Shown: positions 26,301 to 32,000 of the stretch, piece after piece
Layout of the letters: every line of letters starts with the position of its first letter
How positions within the stretch are numbered: position 1 is the stretch's first letter
Assembly: GCA_942493095.1 (NCBI GenBank)
Contig: OW818675.1
Coordinates: forward strand, 3,120,001 to 3,152,000
Direction: 5' to 3'
Source: Candidatus Electronema halotolerans
GTDB taxonomy: Bacteria; Desulfobacterota; Desulfobulbia; Desulfobulbales; Desulfobulbaceae
DNA: 32,000 nt
Notes under the pieces: generated by a model
Database searches by the model: none
Seen by the model: the letters and a program-made list of their open reading frames with translations, nothing else
What the model was told of the DNA's origin: nothing
Program-made: the position numbers and the translations under genes

Positions 26301-27775
26301 AAGTTGCTCTGCTCACAGGCCATGAGAATTCTGTCCGCAGCGCAGCCTTCAGTCCTGATGGCAAAAAGATCGTTTCAGCCTCTTGGGACCGTACCGTACG
26401 GATTTGGGATGTCGACAGCGGCAAAGAATTAGCTGTGCTCAAAGATATTTCCTACATGTCTGGCTTCAGTCCTGATGGCAAAAAAATAGTTTCAGCCTCT
26501 TGGGATACTGTACGGATTTGGGATGTCGACAGCGGCAAAGAACTGGCTGTCCTCAAAGGACATGAGAGTAGTGTGAACAGCGTGGCCTTCAGTCCTGATG
26601 GCAAAAAGATCGTTTCAGCTTCTGAAGACAATACCGTACGGATTTGGGATGCGGACAGTGGCAAAGAGCCGCTCATACTCAAAGGGCAGGAAAAAACTGT
26701 CCGCAGCATGGCCTTCAGTTCTGACGGCAAAAAAATAGTTTCAGCATCCGAGGACTATAAGGACTATACCATACGGATTTGGGATGCGGACAGCGGCAAA
26801 GAACTATCCATTCTCAAAGGACATGTGAAAACTGTCAGACGCAGCAGAGTGAGAAGGTCAAGAAGACGCATTTCCCTGCCCCCTGATGATAAAGAAAATG
26901 TTTCAGCTTCCGATGAGGACAAGGACAATACCGTGCGGGTTTGGAATGTGACCAGTGACAAAGAACCTGCCTTTCTCAAAAAAAATGAGGAAAGCGTCCT
27001 CAGCCCAGCCTTCAGTCCTAATGACAAACAAAACGTTTTAGCTTCCGAGGATAAAGGTTATGAGGAACCTGCACGTATCCTCAGCGTGGCCTTCAGTCTT
27101 GACAGCAAAAAAATAGTTTTAGCTTTGGAGGGTAATACCTTGCAGATTTGGGATGCGGACAGTGGCAAAGAATTAGCCAATCTCAAAGAGCATGAAAAAA
27201 CTGCCCCCAGTATAGACTTTGACAGTGGATATAAAAAAATAAGTCGTGTAGAGTTTGGAGAAACATCCTCTAGGATTTGGGATGTCAATAACAAAGAATT
27301 GGCTATTCTGAAAGGTAATGAAAAAACTCTCAGCAGAATAGCTTTCAGTCCTGATGACAAAAAAATTGTTTCCACTTCAGAGGATAATACCGTACGGATT
27401 TGGGATGCAGCCAGTGGCAAAGAATTAGCTGTGCTCAAAGGTATTGCCTACATGGCTGGCTTCAGTCCTGATGGCAAAAAAATCGTTTCCCCTTTTAGCG
27501 ACCATGTGCGAATTTTGGACTTGAAATGCTACCAACTTTTCCTCCAAAACTATGCCAAACCCACCCCCCTCTACCGCACCTTCATCCAAGCCGTAAAATT
27601 CCTCTGGCAATTAGACGTGCAGGGCCTTGAAATCGTGCATAAGGAACGCAGCCCAGCAGACATGGAACGCTTCGGCAGCCTGCTTGCACCCCCGCCGCCC
27701 GGCCAAAGCAAATTCGACCAAGTGCTGGAATGGGCAGAAAAGCAGCAGGGCGGTAGCGGACAACAAGCTGATTGA
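23351..27775 (+). CDS. Trypsin-like serine protease - STAND (nSTAND1/NACHT-like) P-loop NTPase - TM helix - WD40 beta-propeller fusion protein (1474 aa)
   Basis: Protease triad contexts: ITCAH40VV, D94IAVLEL and GFS173GTAVW. STAND entry motif NPYRGMEAF.EKDA.FYFGRE. Walker A is GASGSGKSS (24131-24157) and Walker B is LLLLVDQFEE (24395-24424). A helical/winged-helix-type region reaches about 25300. A hydrophobic helix GIAAAAGMLLAAVVMAVFFVLW follows RKKQRRRK (25319-25384). About 15 WD40 blades occupy 25700-27520. It is a single uninterrupted ORF. Confidence 0.9.
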   Translation: MRSLSLDSALVRILIDDRSPRESKGAGFLVTPQHVITCAHVVNDALGLPQRAVEQPDLPLLFDFPLLAGQPFVQAKILRWFPVQEDSAIGELEDIAVLELLPDSPLPAGAQPAPLVVPDEKEHVFFAWKVRMFGFPSFAPDGTWANGVLQGLTGKGWAEIHHADSGSVAPGFSGTAVWSVRENAVCGMTVSSLSSAASYMIPAAALIQAFPEMDRFSRPANPYRGMEAFREKDARFYFGREADADTLKEKIDTQPFTAVIGASGSGKSSLVFAGLLPMLRQSGDWLICACRPKQQPFHELAACLIPMLYEDELERIKKSRLCAADLRSGDMLLSDLLRRIADRNDCRRLLLLVDQFEELYTLNTDRAAARAFVSLLLEAKQAEGFRAVITLRADFLEAALGDAGFAETLNACPPLLLSPIDSHGLRQAVEQPAKLLGIRFEAGLVDLIVTDVGNEPGSLPLLEFCLTQLWEQQTFRQISHAAYKDSGGVQQALARHAEAVYAGFAATEQESVQLIFLKLVRPGQGTEDTRQVAALADFQEEQRGLIKQLADQRLLVTSGDKAGQQVEVVHEALIRHWQTLRKWVDAEREFLVWQEKLRVLLRQWQESGHDEGALLRGLPLDEALQWRGSHAGYLGEEELGFVRESEEARKKQRRRKGIAAAAGMLLAAVVMAVFFVLWQDAERQKIVADQERRHAVEQRGIAEQQTLASNYNLAKAFEEKALTALKTANGQGDVEYKKAVLFASATLAQKIPETATAMESPYIGSLFSLVVFHSGLAELAVLRGHENSVSSAAFSPDGEKIVSVSDDHTVRIWDAASGKQVALLTGHEYPVTSAAFSPDGKKIVSASEDNTVRIWDVDSSKELAVLKGISYMSGFSPDGKKIVSASWDTVRIWDVDSGKELAVLKGHESSVNSVAFSPDGKKIVLAPEDNTVRIWDVDSSKELAVLKGHESSVNSVAFSPDNSKIVSASDDNTVRIWDAASGQQVALLTGHENSVRSAAFSPDGKKIVSASWDRTVRIWDVDSGKELAVLKDISYMSGFSPDGKKIVSASWDTVRIWDVDSGKELAVLKGHESSVNSVAFSPDGKKIVSASEDNTVRIWDADSGKEPLILKGQEKTVRSMAFSSDGKKIVSASEDYKDYTIRIWDADSGKELSILKGHVKTVRRSRVRRSRRRISLPPDDKENVSASDEDKDNTVRVWNVTSDKEPAFLKKNEESVLSPAFSPNDKQNVLASEDKGYEEPARILSVAFSLDSKKIVLALEGNTLQIWDADSGKELANLKEHEKTAPSIDFDSGYKKISRVEFGETSSRIWDVNNKELAILKGNEKTLSRIAFSPDDKKIVSTSEDNTVRIWDAASGKELAVLKGIAYMAGFSPDGKKIVSPFSDHVRILDLKCYQLFLQNYAKPTPLYRTFIQAVKFLWQLDVQGLEIVHKERSPADMERFGSLLAPPPPGQSKFDQVLEWAEKQQGGSGQQAD
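25700..27520 (+). repeat. In-frame tandem array of ~15 WD40-coding repeats (126-nt units plus 114-nt short variants)
   Basis: Consensus blade: GHExSVxSxAFSPDGKKIVSASxDxTVRIWDxxSGKELAVLK. Segment 25954-26159 matches 26446-26651 with 2 mismatches, including a 170-nt perfect run. Blades 9-13 are degenerate. Confidence 0.9.
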
Positions 27776-27835
27776 CCGCCTGCGCAACTGAAAACATGCC
27801 GCATCTGATGCGAAGGAAATTTTACATAATTTCCA

Positions 27836-29821
27836 TCATAATCCCGGCAAAACCGGCGCAGATTCGGCCTCCTTCCTCGGCTGGCCAGTGATGTCCGTCA
27901 CCTTGCGCACAGCCCGGCTGCTGACCCGCTTGCCTTGGGCCGCCTCGCCCTTGATCAGATATTCGTCAAAATCAATCTCCAAGGCATTGCTGCGCGCCCG
28001 TGCTGAGGGCGCAAGGCTGACCCGCGCCCGGATGCCGCTCTCACCCACGGCCAGCATCTGGATGAGCGAACGCTTATGCTCCTCAAAGAGCCGGTATTCC
28101 TTGTTCAGGATGAACTTGGGAGCGCGAAAGCGTTTGACGTAGCTCAGATTGACTGCCCCGGCCCGATAAATGATGTTGAAGACCAAATCCTTGCGCAAGG
28201 CCCCGGCCCAGATCAGCTCGCTGCCGACAAAGAGCTTGTCCGGCACTGGAATCACCTTGTAGAGGCCGTCGCGGAAGATGAGCAGGAGACGGTCCAGTTC
28301 TGAGCAGGGGTCTTCAAACTCTGGCTGGGCCGTGCTCACCTTATGGCCAAGAAAACCTGTAGCCCGGTCATAGACTGCCAGCAGATTGGAGATGGCCGCC
28401 TCCCGCGCATCGACTTGATCAAAGGCTTTCAGCTCACTCTTGCGCGGATGCTGCGGTCCGTATTTGTCGAGCAGACTGCGCAGGCAGTTTTTCGCAAAAA
28501 GCGTCACATCCTGCAAATGGCGGTCGATCTTGGCAATGTCCTGCTCCAGCTTGCGGATTTCCTTTTCCTGCTTGGCAAGGTCATAGCGGGAGATGCGCTT
28601 GATGCGAATATCTAAAAGCCGCTCAATGTCCTCCTTGCTCGGCTGGCGGATCAGCCGCGCCGCAAACGGTTCCAAGGCATGACGAACCGCCTCTGTCACG
28701 GCCTTGGCGCTGCCTTCCTCCTCAATCCGCTTGTAGAGCCGCTCCTCGATGAAGATTTGCTCCAGCGTGCAGGCATGGAGGCGGTCAAGCAGGCGGCCCC
28801 GCTCAATGCGCAGCTCCTCTTCCAGATCACGGCGTAGCTTGTCCGTGTTGTGGCGCAGCACCTCCTCCACGCCCATAATGCAGGGCATGTTGTCCTTGAT
28901 CAGGACCAAGCTGGGCGAGACGCTCAGTTCGCAGTCGGTGAAGGCATAAAGGGCTGCCGCTGCCTCTTCCGCATGCACACCACGCGGCAGCTTGATCTCA
29001 ATCTCCACCTTTTCGGCGGTGTAGTCGCTGATTGAGGTGATCTTGATCTTGCCTGCCTTGGCCGCCCGCTCAACTGAGTCAATCAGGGCCTCAGTGGTGA
29101 GACTGGCGGGCAGCTCAGTGATGGTGATGGTCTTGTCAGCCAGCTTCATCCGCGCCCGGCAGCGCAGACGGCCATTGCCGTGGTCATAGTCAGTCGCATC
29201 AACAATGCCGCCGCCGGGAAAATCAGGCAGGATGATGAAGTCCTTGCCTTCCAGATAGTCAATCTGTGCTTGGAGCAGCTCGCCAAAGTTATGCGGCATG
29301 ATCTTGGTGGCCATGCCGACGGCGATGCCTTCCGCACCGAGCAGCAGGAGCAGGGGCAATTTGGCAGGCAGGGTGACTGGCTCCTGCATCCGGCCATCAT
29401 AGGAATCAACAAAGGAGGTCAGGTCAGGATTGAACAGGGTCTCACGGGCCAGCGGGGTGAGGCGGCATTCAATATAGCGGGCCGCGCTGGCTTGGTCGCC
29501 GGTGAAGACATTGCCAAAGTTGCCCTGCCGGTCTATCAGCAGCTCTTTGTTGGCCAGATTGACCAAGGCGGCAAAGATGGACTGGTCGCCGTGCGGGTGC
29601 AGCTTCATGGTCTCGCCGACCACGTTGGCCACCTTGTGATAGCGACCATCATCCATGTTGCGCAAAGTCTGCAAGATGCGCCGCTGCACCGGCTTCAGGC
29701 CGTCGTCAATGTCTGGGATGGCCCGCTCGCGGATGACGTAGGCGGTGTAGTCCAGGAAGTTGCGGTCAAAGAGCCGATGCAGGCGGCTTTGGGGATGCTC
29801 AGGGGCTGTGATGTCAGTCAT
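27836..29821 (-). CDS. parC: Type IIA DNA topoisomerase subunit A (ParC-like, short form)
   Basis: [26 protein letters not shown]...[13 protein letters not shown] and the catalytic-Tyr context [10 protein letters not shown]. At 661 aa it is shorter than typical GyrA/ParC because the C-terminal domain is reduced. Convergent with the STAND gene. Confidence 0.85.
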   Translation of the reverse strand: MTDITAPEHPQSRLHRLFDRNFLDYTAYVIRERAIPDIDDGLKPVQRRILQTLRNMDDGRYHKVANVVGETMKLHPHGDQSIFAALVNLANKELLIDRQGNFGNVFTGDQASAARYIECRLTPLARETLFNPDLTSFVDSYDGRMQEPVTLPAKLPLLLLLGAEGIAVGMATKIMPHNFGELLQAQIDYLEGKDFIILPDFPGGGIVDATDYDHGNGRLRCRARMKLADKTITITELPASLTTEALIDSVERAAKAGKIKITSISDYTAEKVEIEIKLPRGVHAEEAAAALYAFTDCELSVSPSLVLIKDNMPCIMGVEEVLRHNTDKLRRDLEEELRIERGRLLDRLHACTLEQIFIEERLYKRIEEEGSAKAVTEAVRHALEPFAARLIRQPSKEDIERLLDIRIKRISRYDLAKQEKEIRKLEQDIAKIDRHLQDVTLFAKNCLRSLLDKYGPQHPRKSELKAFDQVDAREAAISNLLAVYDRATGFLGHKVSTAQPEFEDPCSELDRLLLIFRDGLYKVIPVPDKLFVGSELIWAGALRKDLVFNIIYRAGAVNLSYVKRFRAPKFILNKEYRLFEEHKRSLIQMLAVGESGIRARVSLAPSARARSNALEIDFDEYLIKGEAAQGKRVSSRAVRKVTDITGQPRKEAESAPVLPGL

Positions 29822-29860
29822 GCGTTTCTCAATCGGATCGCATTATTTTTGCGGGTAAAT

Positions 29861-30034
29861 TCAAGTTCTTGCTATACGCTTTGACTCGTCTGCATATTCC
29901 CTTGCAAACAAGACAGACTCATCGGCAAACACAATTTTAATTTTGCGGTAAAATCCACCTGCCCATCTTCTGTATTCCTGAATCTCGTATCTGCTTATCC
30001 AATTTTCTGAGTCAAGCAATCTCAAAATTTCCAT
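29861..30034 (-). CDS. Small ORF (57 aa) below the ORF-track cutoff, overlapping the upstream 88-aa ORF by 23 nt; possible toxin-antitoxin-like partner
   Basis: Translated by hand from ATG (30034-30032) to TGA (29863-29861): MEILRLLDSENWISRYEIQEYRRWAGGFYRKIKIVFADESVLFAREYADESKRIART. It lies in the same AT-rich patch as the 88-aa ORF. I recognise no family. Confidence 0.3.
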   Translation of the reverse strand: MEILRLLDSENWISRYEIQEYRRWAGGFYRKIKIVFADESVLFAREYADESKRIART

Positions 30035-30278
30035 GCTTGACCTCTTCGATTTTTCCGCAAAGCTCGTTGAATATTTTCATCTGCGCTTTCCATTCAATGT
30101 AATCATCCCACTGTGAAAAATCATCTTGCGCGGCATGTTCAACCTGCTGTTTGAACTCGCTCCACGGCTGGTTGTATTTTTGCTCAAAAAGACGTATTTT
30201 TTCGCGCACCGTGTGCAGGGCAGCATGATATTCCATCAGGAGCCATTCTGCAATTTCCTGCTTATACACTGTAATCAT
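30012..30278 (-). CDS. Small acidic hypothetical protein (88 aa), antitoxin-like in size and context
   Basis: MITVYKQEIAEWLL...IRLFEQKYNQPWSEFKQQVE..AQDDFSQWDDYIEWKAQ. It is predicted helical, acidic and Trp-rich, preceded by GGAGGTGAAGAG (RBS), and located in an AT-rich (~43% GC) patch between two GC-rich genes. Confidence 0.5.
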   Translation of the reverse strand: MITVYKQEIAEWLLMEYHAALHTVREKIRLFEQKYNQPWSEFKQQVEHAAQDDFSQWDDYIEWKAQMKIFNELCGKIEEVKHGNFEIA

Positions 30279-30437
30279 GTCTCTTCACCTCCAATGAATG
30301 CGTGATCGCAACAAGCCATCCCCATGCTGGAAGTAAAAAAAATACAGCTAAAATGGGATGCTGTCAAACCAAAACAGCCCGAACTGCTTCTGCAATCCGG
30401 GCTGATCACTCTCCGCATCACAACGAAACCGCCAGCG

Positions 30438-31925
30438 TTACACCGTCGCAGGCTCCTTCACTTCCTCACCAAAGGCGTGAATCTGAGCCATGATGCCGTT
30501 CATAGTGAAGCGGCCCATGTCAATGGCCATAGTCGGACAGCGGGCCGCGCACACGCCGCAGCCCTTGCAGGAGGCGGTGATGGTGCGGGCCTTGCGCTTG
30601 CCGTTGTCATCCTTATAGATATCAATGGCCTTGTACGGACAGAAGCTCTCGCAGGCTCCGCAGCCGATGCACTGCTCCGCGTCGATCTGAGAGACAATCG
30701 GGGCCGGAGTCACCGAGCCTTTGGCTAACGGATGACTGGCCCGGCCTGCTGCCGCCTGGGCCTGAGCCACAGTCTCGTCCATCGAGCGCGGCGAATGGGC
30801 CAGACCGCAGACAAAAGTCCCGTCCACCGGCAGGTCAACCGGCTGGAGCTTGACATGCGCTTCCAAGAAGAATTTTTCCGCCGTGACCGGCACTTTCAGC
30901 ATCTTGGCCAGCGCGGTCGGGTCTTCCGGGACTATGCCGGTTGACAGAGCGAGCAGATCGGTATCCGCTTCCAACTCCTCGCCGAGCAGCGGGTCAAAGT
31001 AGCGCACCTTAACCGCATCGCCATCGACACTGACTTCCGGCTTGCGCTCCAAGCTGTAGCGGGTGAAAATCACGCCGAGTTGGCGCGCTTTGCGGTAATC
31101 ATCTTCCATAAAGCCGTAGGAACGCATGTCTCGGTAAAGAATCACAATCTGCATTTCCGGCTGAAGAGCCTTGAGGCGCAGGGCGTTCTTCAGAGCTTGG
31201 CCGCAGCAGACCCGGCTGCAATAGGTCAAATCCTCGTCCCGCGAGCCGACGCACTGAATCATCACCGCCCGTTTGGCCGCCTTGAGGCCGTCCTGCTCCG
31301 CAACCAGCCGCTGCTCCAGCTCAAGCTGGGTGACGATCTTCGGTGACTGGCCGTAGCAATATTGCGTCGGCTGATAAGGATTGCCGCCTGTCGCTAAAAC
31401 CGTCACTCCGTGGTGAATCAGCTCGCTCGCGCCCTTGCTTTCTACCGTGGTGGTGAAGTTGCCGACATAGCCGGAACAGGCCGTCACCTGCGCCTCGGTA
31501 TGCACAGTGATGCGCGCATGACTGTTGACCCGATCAATCACCGACTGCACGGCCTGCTTGGGATCATTGCCGCGCCGGTCAGCCGTGAGCAGCAGGGCCT
31601 TGCCGCCGAGCTGAGTTCCGCGCTCGATCAAGGCGACATCAAAGCCCTGATCAGCAATGGCCAAGGCTGCTGTCATGCCTGCCAAGCCGCCGCCGACCAC
31701 CAGTGCCGAGGGCGTGACCGGGAGCTGCATCTCTTGCAACGCGGTCAGATGACAGGCTTTGGCCACGGCCATGCGCACAGCATCTTTAGCTTTCGCAGTC
31801 GCCCGCTCCGGCTCGTGTATATGCACCCAAGAACATTGGTCGCGGATATTGGCCATCTCAAAGAGCGGAATCCGTTGTTCTTGATAGATAGAGAATATCG
31901 ATCTATAATAAACAGGTAAGCACAT
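30438..31925 (-). CDS. HdrA-like FAD/FeS oxidoreductase (heterodisulfide reductase subunit A family), apparently lacking the N-terminal domain
   Basis: LFEMANIRDQCSWVH..PE.AT.KAKD.VRMAVAKA, FAD fold VVGGGLAGMTAALAIADQGFDV.LIE....LGG, the HdrA cysteine motif CVGSRD....YCSRVCC, and a C-terminal 2x[4Fe-4S] ferredoxin (CIGCGACESFCP and CKGCGVCAARCP). In HdrA proteins as I recall them, about 90 aa precede the FE.ANIR segment. Here only 22 unrelated codons do. Confidence 0.75.
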   Translation of the reverse strand: MCLPVYYRSIFSIYQEQRIPLFEMANIRDQCSWVHIHEPERATAKAKDAVRMAVAKACHLTALQEMQLPVTPSALVVGGGLAGMTAALAIADQGFDVALIERGTQLGGKALLLTADRRGNDPKQAVQSVIDRVNSHARITVHTEAQVTACSGYVGNFTTTVESKGASELIHHGVTVLATGGNPYQPTQYCYGQSPKIVTQLELEQRLVAEQDGLKAAKRAVMIQCVGSRDEDLTYCSRVCCGQALKNALRLKALQPEMQIVILYRDMRSYGFMEDDYRKARQLGVIFTRYSLERKPEVSVDGDAVKVRYFDPLLGEELEADTDLLALSTGIVPEDPTALAKMLKVPVTAEKFFLEAHVKLQPVDLPVDGTFVCGLAHSPRSMDETVAQAQAAAGRASHPLAKGSVTPAPIVSQIDAEQCIGCGACESFCPYKAIDIYKDDNGKRKARTITASCKGCGVCAARCPTMAIDMGRFTMNGIMAQIHAFGEEVKEPATV

Positions 31926-31960
31926 CAGCCATATCCAAAATATTTGCCAAGGAAAGCATC

Positions 31961-32000
31961 ATGGAACAAATAGATAAAATATCTGACAACGAATTGGTCC
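31961..32000 (+). CDS. 5' end of an unidentified ORF running out of the window
   Basis: AGGAAA RBS 6 nt before the ATG at 31961, giving MEQIDKISDNELV... It is AT-rich. Too short to classify. Confidence 0.25.
   Translation, partial: MEQIDKISDNELV

Noticed and set aside
25633-27438. Series of repetitive minus-strand ORFs (MSTANSLPLSTSQIRTV...) over the WD40 array
   Set aside because: Their repetitiveness simply mirrors the sense-strand WD40 repeats. The antisense frame happens to lack stops within the repeat unit.
25700-27520. Could the tandem repeats be a CRISPR array or the variable region of a diversity-generating retroelement?
   Set aside because: The units are 126/114 nt, contiguous and in-frame, with no unique spacers, so this is not a CRISPR array. 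No reverse transcriptase or template repeat is present in the window, and the differences between repeat copies that I checked are not restricted to adenine-templated positions.
23351-27775. Possibility that the giant gene is a pseudogene or an assembly chimera
   Set aside because: It is a single uninterrupted frame with intact catalytic motifs, and the domain order matches known STAND architectures. Repeat collapse cannot be excluded without long reads, so that caveat is recorded under the WD40 finding instead.
29180-29884. 234-aa plus-strand ORF over the parC-like 5' half
   Set aside because: It is antisense to the conserved topoisomerase breakage-reunion domain.
30324-30728. 134-aa plus-strand ORF at the hdrA-like 3' end
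   Set aside because: It is antisense to the ferredoxin-domain coding region (CxxCxxCxxxCP motifs on the minus strand).

Overview
This is a 32-kb chromosomal segment from a moderately GC-rich bacterium. The gene content (class-1B PyrK/PyrD, an HdrA-like flavoprotein, a b558-type SdhC, DUF4911 next to purB, a heme-sensor hybrid kinase) suggests an anaerobic Desulfobacterota-like lineage, but that is inference only. I can support about 31 protein-coding genes, one initiator tRNA-Met with its own promoter and terminator, and several intrinsic terminators. Most of the window is housekeeping: pyrK-pyrD, aroD, sbcB, ldcA, coaX, prepilin peptidase, a TPM/LemA pair, an M48 protease, purB and a ParC-like topoisomerase subunit. 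The stand-out is a two-gene module at 23011-27775. It encodes a small Trypco2-like protein followed by a 1474-aa fusion of trypsin-like serine protease, STAND (nSTAND/NACHT-like) P-loop NTPase, one predicted TM helix and about 15 WD40 blades. The blades are encoded by near-identical, AT-shifted tandem DNA repeats. This architecture belongs to a class of NTP-dependent conflict systems that has been predicted computationally but, to my knowledge, not characterised experimentally. It is my best candidate for the novel system. Other items worth a second look: a secreted protein with 36 cysteines in six tandem CxxCxxxC-type repeats fused to a small outer-membrane beta-barrel; an orphan diheme cytochrome b next to a CXXCH heme-sensor hybrid kinase; an AT-rich mini-cassette with two overlapping small ORFs (one below the ORF-track cutoff); an apparently 5'-truncated hdrA-like gene abutting AT-rich DNA at the window end; a stand-alone PD-(D/E)xK-fold protein; and several intergenic palindromes or motif arrays. 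No CRISPR array, rRNA, integrase or recognisable transposase was seen.
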